Assembly (NCBI GenBank): GCA_951406725.2
Contig: OX597817.1
Location: 44,578,001-44,642,000, forward strand
Length of the DNA stretch: 64,000 bases
Source: Octopus vulgaris
Lineage: Eukaryota
Direction of reading: 5' to 3'
Below the pieces are notes generated by a model. The model did no database searches. It was not told the DNA's origin and saw only the letters and a program-made list of their open reading frames with translations. The stretch's first letter is position 1; each line of letters begins with the position of its first letter. Of this stretch, positions 26,177 through 38,815 are shown piece by piece. Made by a program: the position numbers and the translations under genes.

Positions 26177-26840
26177 TGTTCTGAATTTTATTACCTCTGA
26201 TCAGCTATGCACTCTTGTATATTGGCGATATGCTTATGATAATAATCTTCCCTTCTCCCTACTTTCAAGTACACAAAAGGCATCTGCAAATAAGGTTGTT
26301 TGTTCCTTCTCGAGCTACGCCTAACTCACAAGGGCCGGTTTCCCGGTTTCCTTGGCGTATTAGTTCCCTACCTGGACGGGATGCCGGTCCGTCGCAGGTG
26401 AGCTGCAAGATGCAGGAAGAAAGAGTGAGAGAAAGTTGTGGCGAAAGCGTAAGCAGAAGTTCGCCATTACCTTCTGCCGGAGCCGCGTGGAGCTTAGGTG
26501 TTTCGCTCATAAGCATACATATCGCCCGGTTCATAATATGTAAAGTGATAGCTGAGGTAAAGATGAGCAGTGGAACATAAGAAGTCTGAATGAAAACACG
26601 TGTAACTTCTGCTGACTCTTTTGCCACAACTTTCTCTCACTCTTTCTTCCTGCATCTTGAACCTATACGCCAAGGAAACCGGCCGTTATGAGCCAGGCGT
26701 GGCTCGAGAAGAAACAAACAACCTTATTTGCAGATGCCTTTTGTGTACTCGGAAATAGGGAGAAGGGAAGATTATTATCATAAGCATATCGTCAATATAC
26801 TAGAGTGCATAGCTGATCAGAGGTAATAAAATTCAGAACA
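26177..26840. repeat. Fold-back inverted duplication of a family D SINE 3' part plus unique flank
   Basis: 26177-26460 vs 26605-26840 reverse complement, including about 120 bp of non-SINE flank (TGTTCTGAATTTTATTACCTCTGATCAGCTATGCACTC). Confidence 0.88.
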
Positions 26841-26954
26841 ATCGGAATATTATTGCCAAGATGCATACCAATGCCTTTAATATCATAAATAGAATCTTTT
26901 TCAGAGAGAAATAGAAATAGATTGATAGATAGATAATACAGATGAATAGATAGA

Positions 26955-27084
26955 TAGAGAAAGAGAGTGAAAGCGAGAAGAGAGCGAGAGAGGGAGGTTA
27001 AAAGTGAGGGAGGGAGGGAGAGAGAGGAATGCTGAGAGAGAGAGGGTGAGAGAGAGAGAGAGGAATGCAGAGAGAGAACGAGGA

Positions 27085-27130
<46 letters not shown>

Positions 27131-27145
27131 AGGGCGAGAGAGAGA
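26955..27145. repeat. (GA)n-rich purine tract
   Basis: Direct reading. Confidence 0.9.
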
Positions 27146-27524
27146 ATAACTGACAGAGAAATTCTAACTAAAATACCAAAGAAACCAAGATGGTTTTGCG
27201 AAGAACAAGGAGCTCAAGAAAGAGATACTAGTACTAGAAAATATTTAACAGAAAAAATTTCGAAAGAAGTCGATGATTTCGAGGGCTTGTATCATTGATG
27301 TGAAAGACCCCATATCCTAATAAATTCTCTTCACGTAACCTCAGGTTTGTTCATCTTGTGAAATTGTAGGAACACCGAACCTGCGCAAAAAAGAAAAAAA
27401 AATCTCTGTAAATAATATGTTATTATACAGCTGAAAGAACTGATCGAACAGTTTCCGTTGCTCCTAATTACTAGACAGTAATAACATGGAAGCGCAGTTG
27501 AGAAAATAAGTGAATCTGTCTCTC

Positions 27525-27930
27525 TTTTCTCTCTTTTACTTGTTTTAGTCATTTGACTGCGGCCATGCTGGAGCACCGCCTTTACTCGAGCAAATCGACC
27601 CCAGGATTTATTCTTTGGAAGCCTAGTACTTCTCGGTCCATCGGCCTCTTTTGCCGAACCGCTAAGTTACGGGGACGTAAACACACCAGCATCGGCTGTC
27701 AAGCGATGTTGGGGGACAAACACAGACACACAAACATATACACACCCATATATATATATATACATATATACGATGGGCTTCTTTCAGTTTCCGTCTACTA
27801 AATCCACTCACAAAGCTTTGGTCGGCCCGAGGCTATAGTAGAAGACACTTGCCCAAGGTGCCACGCAGTGGGAATGAACCCGGAACCATGTGGTTGGTAA
27901 GCATGCTACTTACCACACAGCCACTCCTAA
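27525..27930 (-). mobile_element. SINE family C, complete copy
   Basis: Reverse complement of the family C structure from head to tail. Confidence 0.9.
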
Positions 27931-28305
27931 GAAATAAACGAACTTCACTTACTAAATAAAAGCAAAAGATGCATTCTAGACAGGAAACGCTGTTTAAAGC
28001 GTATATACTAACTCAGAAAAGTGGTACAAATTGGGTGACGAGGTTTCATCCATTTTACACGTAAATATGTTTGGCATCACTGAAAAGCAATGTTGTTTTA
28101 AAGTGGCATGAACACGAGATGTGTTGCCAACTGAACCTAAAGAGATACTTTCTTCTCAGATTTCGAAGAACAGGAACGTTATCCTCTGAAGGATGTTCTA
28201 CTTACTGTTTGCCGCAGTCAACCGAGTCTGAAGCGCTTGTCTTCATATTTTTACTTGTCATTGAAAACCGCTGCTGGTTTTCATTGTGTTTAATATGCGT
28301 TTAAT

Positions 28306-28606
28306 GGAGGCGCAATGGCCCAGTAGTTAGAGCAGCGGACTCGCGGTTGGAGGATCGCGGTTTCGATTCCCAGATCGGGTGTTGTGTGTGTTTATTGAGC
28401 GAAAACACCTAAAGCTCCACGGTAGCGACCCCTGTTGTACTCTTTCGCTCCAACTTTCTCTCACTCTTCCTTCCTGTTTCTTGAGTAACGCTGCGTTTTG
28501 AGTTTCTGGCGTCCCGTCCAGCTGGTGGGAACACATACGCCATAGAAACCGGGAAACCGGGCCCATGAGCCTGGCTAGGCTTGAAAAGAGGCGCATAAAT
28601 AAAATA
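28306..28606 (+). mobile_element. SINE family D with 13-bp TSD
   Basis: tRNA-like head GGAGGCGCAATGGCCCAGTAGTTAGAGC; TSD AATATGCGTTTAA at 28292-28304 and 28607-28619. Confidence 0.9.
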
Positions 28607-29774
28607 AATATGCGTTTAACATAACAAAAGACTCATTGTCTTCTACGAATTCTTACATTCCTTGTGTGTCTGTTATAAGTATGGACGTTTCTCTGAATGA
28701 CAGAACGAAACTCGATGGTCATAGAATGTTCGAGATACTTCTTTAAACGGACAAGTTATATCAGATTTACTGTATGGATCTGTAACTTAGTAAATTAGAT
28801 CAATGTCTGTTGTATCTTGATCAGCTATGCTGCACATTTCCGACGATAAGGTAGGTCAGGTAGTAAACAACTCTGTTAATTATCCGAAGCTCCTATCGAT
28901 TTGTCCGTTTGGAAATCGCATTAGATTCCATCGTAAATTAACCTTATCTTTTTTCAGCATACTTGTATCTATTGATTAATCCATCACAAGAAAAAAACTA
29001 CACCAAGTCCTCATTCAAACAAAAAATCTAAATTTCATTTGATGCTGTGAAACCACGCTAGATGAGAGAGCGAAGTCGTTATTCGTCGAAAAAATTAACT
29101 TATAGAGATATAAGACTTTATAAACGCTGTTTTTGTGACAGAAAAAAAAGAAAAAGAAAAGAAAAACAGACTAAATGATGAGATTTTGCAAGTAATCTAC
29201 ACTTTGATTTTAATCAAATGGTAGAATCATATAAAATAATTGCCGTGTCGCACACAAAGCCTGTAATGAATGAAATATTTAATATTGTTCAGGAGTGGTT
29301 GCGTGGTAAGTAGCTTGCTTACCAACCACATGGTTCCAGGTTCAGAGATTTATGAGGTAAAGCTGCGGATTTTTTCGACGAAGAATTAGAAACATTTTTT
29401 CTGATGTCCCGCAGGAATCCCTATCAAAGCGAGAAGCGCAATAACCATTCATGAGAAGTGAATGTAAATTAAAAGAAAAAACAAAACAAATTACACAAAT
29501 AGTTGCTCTTCATCAAAGCATAGCAATCGTACAACTATATCCATCCATCCATCCATCCATCCATCCATCCATCCATCCATGTTTGTGCGTGTATACACGC
29601 ACATTAAAAACATCACTATATGCATATGTGCAGTGAGAAAGAGGAAGAGACAAGAAGGAAGCGAGAAGCGGGAGGCTGAGATGTGAAATACGTTGCATTA
29701 ACTATTACACGGCATAGATAACTATGAATGATTTGTCGATAGTAAGAGCCACAGAGGGAAACAAATTTGAGGAT

Positions 29775-30105
<331 letters not shown>

Positions 30106-30751
30106 ACATGTAGAAAGAGAAGGTTTGTATGTACGTATTTCTGAAAGACGTATAGAATGAAAAGGAATGAAGAATAAAATTACACGTTGATTGCGTGTGA
30201 AATTGTGTGACAGACTGAGAGAAAGAGAAAGAGAGAGAGAAAGAGATGAAGAAGGAATATCAAGAAGAAAATAAAGTAGAAATATACGAGCCTACATTTC
30301 AATATGTGTATGTGTCTATATATTTATATATGTATACGTGTCTATACGTTTGTATGATTGTCAAAATAGCAGAATGTTTTTCTAACTCTTTTGTATGGGA
30401 CATGAGCCAAATTCTTCATGTTCTGAATAGCCGCATCAATGTTCCTAGACTATACCCACGTGCAGCTCATAGTAACCAATTTAGTGAGACATGGCACTCT
30501 AAAAAAGACAAAAAATATTAAAATAAATAAATAAATGAATATATAAATGAAGACAAAAGTGAAGAAACAATTTTGGCAACACAGACATCACGACTGGTCG
30601 GAAGCCGATACGTGCCGATGTTATTCAAATTATAGTCTGGCCTGGCACTCTTGTAATCACATATCATGGAGTTGTAACACTTACAGACACAAGTGAATTG
30701 GAAGGGACAAACACATAGAAATAGTCATCTACATCAACACATTCTACCTAC

Positions 30752-30792
<41 letters not shown>

Positions 30793-30843
30793 TATATATA
30801 TATATATATATATATATACATACATTTATACACACACTCACAT

Positions 30844-30887
<44 letters not shown>

Positions 30888-30901
30888 CATACATATACAC
30901 T

Positions 30902-30957
<56 letters not shown>

Positions 30958-30982
30958 ATATTTATGTATATATTTATGTATA

Positions 30983-31391
30983 TATTTGAGTAGTAGAATG
31001 AATTATCTTGTTATGGATAATTGGTTAACCGATACCTGGGTAGCAAATTCACATCAGAGAAGACACGTTTGAAGTTACGTGCTTTCGTGTGGAAATTTGT
31101 ATGTTTTTTTTTTTAATATAAATTTATGAAAGAATGGAGTTGAACGACGAATTAACAAAATTCCTTTATTTTCGACATGTTTCGAAGGCTGCATATTCCT
31201 AATTGCAAAGGAATAAGGTGTATATTATGCCGCTTTCTCATCAGGAAAAGCAAGGAACTTATGTCAACATCAAGATGCACAAAAAACCTTTAGATGACTG
31301 CTCACACGGAGCCCATAGCGATAATGAGTGTCTCTTTAAAAATTCCATTATCGCTATGGGCTCCGTGTGAGCAGTCATCTAAAAGTTTTTT
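30983..31391 (-). mobile_element. Solo pseudo-LTR of the Naiad-like PLE with 5' inversion
   Basis: Reverse complement matches 4439-4716 (ATACAAATTTCCACACGAAAGCACGTAAC...TGAATTTGCTACCCAGGTATCG...ACTACTCAAATA); ends in (TA)n; 46-bp-arm hairpin 31281-31326/31346-31391. Confidence 0.88.
31161..31257 (-). ncRNA. Type-I hammerhead ribozyme in the PLE pLTR, intact core, extended stem II
   Basis: Minus TTCCTTGCTTTTC-CTGATGA-GAAAGCGGCATA...TATTCCT-loop-AGGAATA-TGCAGCCTTC-GAAA-CATG-TC-GAAAATAAAGGAA; stem I of 5+6 bp with a 2x2 internal loop; palindromic stem III ACATGT; GUC triplet at 31174-31176. Confidence 0.88.
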
Positions 31392-31427
31392 AGAACCATC
31401 ATAGCATCTGATGTGGCTTTTTAAAAC

Positions 31428-31467
31428 AATGTCCGACGAACGGGAACGTGAAACTCTGACTAACAGT
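31428..31467 (+). ncRNA. Degenerate hammerhead-like motif (family H6)
   Basis: AATGT-CCGACGA-ACGGGAACGT-GAAA-CTCTGAC-TA-ACAGT; substitutions in the core and in stem III. Confidence 0.4.
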
Positions 31468-31937
31468 TTATAGGAAAAAGAGTACTCAAATACCAGAGGT
31501 AGAGTAATATGCTTTATTTAACTCTTGAACCTTGCTAAATATTTAGATAATGTATTGCGTAATGCACAATTGTGCTGACTGACAGAAAGAACAGGTTCCA
31601 CAGTAGGGATTCTTTTAACATGTCTTTATAATCACTAACTAAGTAGCAAAGCTTTTCACAGGTTGCACATGTTCTATTCTGAACAATCGCCGTATCACAA
31701 TTTACAAGTTGTGGCTGACCAGGCTTGTCTGACTCAAGCATTTCCTCCTACAAATCATACACGTAAAAATCAACACTCCTTCATTTTCTATTGTTTCCTG
31801 CTTTCTAAGCTTCCTTTCGATCTTCTCGTGCTTCTTACTCTCTCTTTCAAACTTCGTACCATCACTGTGCATTCTTTTCCTTCATCCATTTCGGTCTTGT
31901 GCTTCTCCCTCTCAACATCTGAAATTCCATTGTCGAA

Positions 31938-31938
31938 C

Positions 31939-31996
<58 letters not shown>

Positions 31997-31997
31997 A

Positions 31998-32040
<43 letters not shown>

Positions 32041-32096
32041 GTATGTATGTATGTATGTATGTATGTATGTATGTATGTATGTATGTATCTACCTAC

Positions 32097-32163
<67 letters not shown>

Positions 32164-32180
32164 CCTACCTACCCATCTAC

Positions 32181-32266
<86 letters not shown>

Positions 32267-32290
32267 GTCTGTTTTTCTGTCTGTCTGCCG
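31938..32290. repeat. (TCTA)n/(TATG)n microsatellite inside the gypsy relic
   Basis: Direct reading. Confidence 0.96.
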
Positions 32291-33563
32291 CCTGTCTATA
32301 CACCTGTCTGTCTCAGAATCTGGCTCCAGAATCGTAAATGACAATTGGGTTCGTCAGTTTCTATCCAGTATCTTCAGCAGATATTTGTGCAGAATGTGCT
32401 TTGGAGTCTAAGTCGATGGTAAAAGAGTCGTGGGTAGAATTGCTTGCCATTCGTGTATGCCGTCATATACACCGTTTCCCCAACTTTAAAGAATCTTGTT
32501 ATATCTTCCCTGCCACTATTTCTTTTCTTGTTAGGGAGCGATTTATCAAAGATTGGTTTACTTTCTTCGCAAATATCAGCCTCACTGGGAAGCTATTTGC
32601 TGATAGATTCGGATTTTGGTGTTACACACTACACTCTTAAATATTGATGTAGAGTTACCTTAACCATGACTTCCTTATTCAATTTTCTAAGGGCTCTTTT
32701 GACGGTATCGACAAAGCCTTCTGCCTGCCCATTAGATCTGGGATGGCATGTTGCCATAGTTATATATTCTACCGCGAACGTTTCACAAACTGTTTGAAAT
32801 TCACTGGACACAAACTGCGTTCTTTTGTTAGATATTATCTTGTCGGGGATGCCAAATCTTGCAAACAATTCGTGTATAAATTTTATCTCACCTCAGGAGG
32901 CTGGTTTTCTACACTTAAATTTCAGGCCATGCCAGAAAACTATCAACTACCACTAAGTAGTAAGAACCATTTCACGGACCAGCGAAGCAGATTTGTAGTC
33001 TCGACTACGGAACATCTACATTTGAACAATGTTTACTTTTTATCATGGGCAATTTTTCATTTCGTTTTGTCTTACATACAAACGTTCCACTCCGTTTTAC
33101 TGCAAGTTTTTCTTTCAGTCCCTCAGCCGCATTCAAACCTTCGACTGAACCGACTATATCTCCACACAAAACACTTATGTGGATATTCCATATTTTGAAT
33201 AGTTCCATCCACACTGTGCCGAATAAATTAAATGAATTTTTTCACCCATATATCTTTGTCTTTTTCGTTGACCTCGAAATGCTACATTACATATGAATTC
33301 ACCGAAAATATATAATCTTTTTCCTGTAACGCCATGTGTTACCTCTTTAGATTTAATTAATTTTGCCTTAACGACATATTTCCAGTTTCTTTCGTTTATA
33401 ATGGTGATATCACTTCCAGTATATAATTCCATTTTAACACTGTATTTCTGATTTTCACCTTCACCAATTTCTTACAATGACATACTATTAATTCTCCTAC
33501 CTTTGTTTCTGACGTTTTGTCGTTAAACAGTGCGTCCTTATATGTTTGATATTACCACAACGA

Positions 33564-33777
33564 AAGGCGGCGAGCTGACAGAAACGTAAGCACGCCGGGC
33601 GAAATGCTAAGCGCTATTTCATCTGTCTTTACGTTCTGAGTTCAAATTCTGCCGAGGTCGACTTTCCCTTTCATCCTTTCGGGATCGATAAATTAAGTAC
33701 CAGTTGCGTATTGGGGTCGATGTAATCAAATGGCCTCATACCCCCAAATTTCGGGCCTTGTGCCTTGAGTAGAAAAG
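33564..33777 (+). mobile_element. Family B SINE with 16-bp TSD
   Basis: GATATTACCACAACGA at 33548-33563 and 33778-33793. Confidence 0.92.
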
Positions 33778-34191
33778 GATATTACCACAACGAGAATACT
33801 CCGCTTTTCTAAATGGACAATTTTTCCTCGCGTGTATACCTCCACATGCAAAACGGGTTTATTTCCTGACTTTTCTCAATTTTTTTTTTAGAAAACACTT
33901 TATCTCTTTTCTGATTATTTCGCACTTGTTTTACTTGGAAATAATCATTACGTTCAATTTCCTCTGTGTCGTGTCTTAATTTGACTATCCTTTCACATTC
34001 TCCTCACAATTGTTGCAGGGTTACATCCTGGTTTCGTTCCAGCTTTGCGAGAATTCTAGTTCTAACCTCTACGTCCTTTTCGACAGTAATTCCCTGTGTA
34101 AAAATCAGGCTTTTGAACATATCTGGCGTTAATTCGTTCAGTTTAGACTTCTAGCATTCCCTGTTTACTCCACCAGCATATGGGATGTAGT

Positions 34192-34449
34192 GGAGGCGCG
34201 TGGCTTAGTGGTTATATTGTCAGCATCATGATCGTAAGATTGTGCTTTCAATTATTGGACCGGGCGACGCGTTGTGTTCTTGAGCAAAACACTTCATTTC
34301 ACGTTGCTCCAGTCCACTCAGCAGGCAAAAATGAGTAACGCTGCGATGGACTGGCGTTCCATCCAGCTGGGGAACGCATACGGCATTGAAACCAGAAAAC
34401 CAGGTCCATGAACCTGGCTAGGCTTTAAAAGGGCGCATTTATTTATTTT
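34192..34449 (+). mobile_element. Hybrid SINE family E (own tRNA head, family A core, family D tail) with 15-bp TSD
   Basis: CATATG(G/T)GATGTAGT at 34177-34191 and 34450-34464. Confidence 0.9.
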
Positions 34450-35354
34450 CATATGTGATGTAGTCCTCATCGTTGTTTTTCATCTCATCGTCCCAATTTT
34501 TACATTCTAACTCGAATATTTGCTGCTATCCTCTCTAGCATGCTTCGAAGGTAACTCCTCCGTCAGGTTCGTATTTGAACTCTGTTATGGAGTTCGCGAT
34601 ATAGTCTGGAGAGAACACTTTTTCTAACTTTCCTGACGACTTCAGTAATTGCAGCATTTGTTGTTGTAATAGTGATCGTTGTTATTCTTCTTTCAGTTAT
34701 TGTTGCTGCTTTTGCAACTCGAGCAAACCGGCCAACAAATTTTCCATTATTTTCACGAATTTTTTTTGTAAAATTCACACAACAAAACTTCGTCAGTTTG
34801 TTAATTTCTTGTGCGCTGTTAATTCCTCTTAGAATTTATTAATTCCTCGTGAATGTTTAAATCTTCGTCATCCCTATTATAATCTTTAAAAATGTTGGAT
34901 TATAATAACGCCCACTTGGGTATACAGTTTACATAGTAAAACCAGTAAAATCACAACTATCTCTGACCGCCTGTGTACTCTCATACTTCACTTATTTCTC
35001 TTTACTTATGTCCAGGTTATTGCATTCGTCACGTGAGAGGAGTATACCGTTATTACTAATTCCCTACGAAATAGGAATTCGGGAGAATTCGTCATATGAG
35101 ACTAATAGTGCAGGGCAACGACATCCAGGTAATTATAGATGTGGTAGTAAGAGGCTTTTCAGATTTTGTCAGATAAAACTGGAGAAGCAAAGAAAGCTCT
35201 ACTGCGTAACACATTCCATTTCCTTGACTATTATTGATCGAACTTTTGAAACATTTGTGTCAGTATCAATGTCAGTCATATCACCAATTGCAGATCGGAA
35301 AGTGGAACGAGAGAAAACACTCCGGAAGTTAACGATAACAATTTTTTTCACTTT

Positions 35355-35542
35355 AAGCATAAGGCCTGAGATTTGGTGGCGGGGTCTAGTCAATTACATT
35401 AGCCACATTGCTTGACTAGTACTTATGATATCGACCCCGAAATAATGAAGGTCAATCATGGTGGTATTTGAACACAGAATGTTAAGACTGAAGAAAAACG
35501 TTAATATTTTGTCCAACGCGCTAATTATTCTGCCAGCTCGCT
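35355..35542 (-). mobile_element. Degenerate family B SINE
   Basis: TCGACCCCGAAATAATGAAGG...TTCTGCCAGCTCGC; GAAGTTAACGATAA repeated on both flanks. Confidence 0.65.
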
Positions 35543-35999
35543 ATTCGAAGTTAACGATAATAACAATACTTCACTAATTCAATAGTCACAGCTCCATAAT
35601 GTTGCGATTAAGACGAAGATATGAATGAAGGCAGAACGAACAAATTTCAAGAGGGATTACTGACACAAGCTGAAAAACATATATGGAAATAATACAATAT
35701 TTAAAATGATTATTATGTGAATACAACGGCACCATCACTCTCCCTCTGTGTGCGTTAGGTCTGAAGTGTGTAGGTTTTTGTGGTGGGGACGTAGATTTAC
35801 TTTCATACTCTACGCTAGTGTGTTTTATTGTGTTTGTTATATTGTTTCTCGCGATATTTTAGTGTGCAATGTGTTTTCTTAATTTTCTGAGGGGTAAGAT
35901 GTCGATTATTTAAGAGTATACATTGTTGATTGTTTGGTGTATATTTTGTCATGCATTGCGTAGTATTGATTCAATAGTGTATTAATTATGCAATTATTT

Positions 36000-37250
36000 T
36001 ATTTGACGTGGATTGTAGAAGCTCTGAGTTGTGTGCAGAAATGTTTATTTCAATGTGCTTTTGAATAAGTGTCTTGCATTGATTGTTTATCTATTTATCA
36101 CATATAAGCTTCCTATTATTATTCATGCTCTTCCCCGTTTGATGCTTCACTATTCAGCTGATTTCATTTGAAACATCCTTTTATATTTAACAGTTTTTCC
36201 TATTTACGTACAATACTTTGTTTAAAGAGGAACGCTATGTATACGAGCGTACTCCAGTGTATGATTGCTATATCTGTACATTTCTTTTGATTTTCGTGCT
36301 ACCTCCCATAGGTATACACCAGTTGACTGTGACTAAGCCGCCATATATTGTATCTGGTTAACTTTCTATCACCTCGTTGAAGGTTACATATGGGTGCATC
36401 TTTATATTGTCTCTTAACGCCACGATTATGTTTATGAGTAGAATCAAATTTGTTGGGAACTGGACTGTTTGAACTGAAGAGTCCCGTTGCTGAGGATGCA
36501 CTTGATGTTAGCATTACTTTTTTTATTTTTGCAGTTGTCTAATGCAGATGATAATAAATTTTGATCTTTTGTTATCTTCTCTGTCTTTTTCCATTTCACC
36601 GAATGTCATGAGATTTTCGCCATGGAGTGGTTTGCCATTTACCAAGTATCTTTCTTTTTCAGTGAAAATTAATTTGCACTTTATGAATACAATTAGATTT
36701 TAGGTTTCGTATGCTGAACACCTTATGCTTCCCTCTAATAATTTCTGTCCCCACTTGTGATATTATTTTTGTGGTAGACACTTTGTTGTAGACACCATCT
36801 ATTCGTGTGACAGTTAAATATATTCTTTCTATAGTTAGCCTTGAATTTGATGGATTGAAGTTTTGTTGGTAGTTTTTCGATCTTGACTGTCAAGTTATTC
36901 AAATTTCTTAGCTTAATTCTTTTTTTGTCTAGTGTATTTATATCTGATATTTTATTTCCAGCGATGAGTGTAGTTTCTAATATTATCCTGATTAGTCTGT
37001 GTCACATTTCTCATATTTTCCTCATCATCTCTATGCTCTATGGATGCTCCTCGTTATCCTCTCCAAATTTAATGTCTCTATCTTTTATAATATCTCCAAT
37101 TTTAGTTAATTTCCTTCTTCAAGTTGTAACTTCAGTACACTTGTCTAATCCCATATTCATGTCAATATTTCGACTCAGTATGCGGATAATTTTATGCTAT
37201 TTTCACCTGCGCTTAATTCTATGTAATTTAAAGCTAAATATATTAATCAT
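36000..37250 (-). pseudogene. R4/Dong-clade non-LTR retrotransposon relic (RT C-terminus to REL region)
   Basis: Minus translation IDMNMGLDKCTEV...RLIRIILETTLIAGNKISDINTL with stops, resembling the MxFGLDKC...ILKTELNAxNKIxAIN motifs of R4/Dong ORFs. Confidence 0.6.
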
Positions 37251-38619
37251 TCTTAAAATTTTAATACCTGAGGATTTGTCGGTTCGCCGAAGCTCTACGA
37301 GTGTAGCCGTGTCGAAGCTAATCTATCTGCCTGGGATGATCTCAGAGCGGTGGAATCGCTTGGCACTCACATATTCAGTGTCCTTGCTTTGCTGACATGC
37401 ATGTTAAAGCGGAACAGCTACCATCACGTGCGCTACGGATTAGCTTATCCACCGAATATTCGATGCAGTACTGAAAATCGCCCCACCACTTGTCATTAGC
37501 AAGAAACAGCAGTTAATATTTATTTGCTACGTGTCTATGCCGTCCAGTTAGTCAATGTTTTTAGCTCAAAATGTTTGCTACGTGTGATAGAAAGGGTTAA
37601 AATGTTTGAGGATAGACCTTCTTTTTGGCGATGTCCTCACTAGGGAAGGGAAGTATGAGAGCAAACGGGCATACTCTGCCCTCCAGTAAATGTTATCAGA
37701 AGTGTGTGTAAATGGTGAAATGCTCTGTGTAGCTGTATTGTTTGTGTGAGGGAATGAAAGGAGGTACTTATCTTTTGTATGTCAAGTGATATCGAATTAT
37801 GTGGGAGTTACCGTAAACTACCCTGTGTAGCTGTTAAGCATATTCTAATTTTCTTATCTTGTTCTACTCCTTTTGATATATATTGTTAATGCTATTTATT
37901 GTTATGCATCTGCTGTTTACACCTGTTGTTGGTCACAACTTTTGCTTAATGTAAATCTCCAACTGTGTTTATTTGCTGTTTGATTTTGTATTTCTATTTT
38001 GTCAATATAACCTTGGACCCTTGTAGTCAATGAACAGGCACACACACTAAACCATATAAATAAACATACATAAACAAAATCTTTTTGATTGACATATTCA
38101 AACGTACAACTATAAAATAAAAACATTACTTTAAATTACAAAACAGTTTGAACGAAAACGATACAACTCCACCATCAACAGCCTTATAATATCAATAAAG
38201 AATGTCGGTGCAGGTCATAAGAACTCGACCGAGGACTTAAGTATATTTATCTGAGGCCATAGTTTACAGAGCTGCAAGACTCTGTTGCTTACTTGTCCGC
38301 TCTGAAGAAAGATCACATTACAGAAGATTCTGGAGTCACCAGTTTTAAAAATACTTGGAGGAAGTAGAGTTAACCTTTGCAGAAGAGATACGCAAATATG
38401 TCTGTAATTTCCCAGATAAACGCAAGTAGATACAATTTATTCATATAGTTTAATACATTGTGATATTTATGTAACTATTAAAACTATTCTACAAAGATTT
38501 TTTTTGTATGCCTTTATACATTTGTAACTTGAATCCACATTTAATTATATAAAATCTTTCGTCTCTCATTGTTTTTTCCTTCTTCGTTTGGTTTGACTGT
38601 CTCATTCCATACATCAATG

Positions 38620-38815
38620 TAAGCAATGGTACCACCGAGAATAATTTTGTTTTGTAGTTCTGGTATTTTTGAACTTCCTGGTATTTGCCATAGAGTTTAA
38701 GTGTACTATTTAATAGTATACCCAAAGCTCCCATGATCATTGGTACAGTTCTCGTTCTTAGATGCCACATTTTTGAGACCTCTATTTCTAGGTACTTGTA
38801 TTTGCTTAACATTTT
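38620..38815 (-). pseudogene. R4/Dong-clade REL endonuclease C-terminal relic
   Basis: KYKYLEIEVSKMWHLRTRTVPMIMGALG within ORF 38489..39007. Confidence 0.75.

Larger units (their letters stand above)
31750..34875 (-). mobile_element. Ty3/gypsy LTR retrotransposon relic lacking RT/RNase H
   Basis: Gag zinc knuckle CFACGGIH-like at about 33800-33860; protease MELYTGSDITII (33175..33432); integrase FARFGIPDKIISN..TQF...HPRSNGQAE (32629..32868) only about 200-300 bp after the protease; LTRs not confidently delimited. Confidence 0.8.

Noticed and set aside
27340-27385. Possible minus-strand micro-exon after a polypyrimidine/CAG acceptor
   Set aside because: Weak donor (GTTACG) and no supporting homology or neighbouring exons
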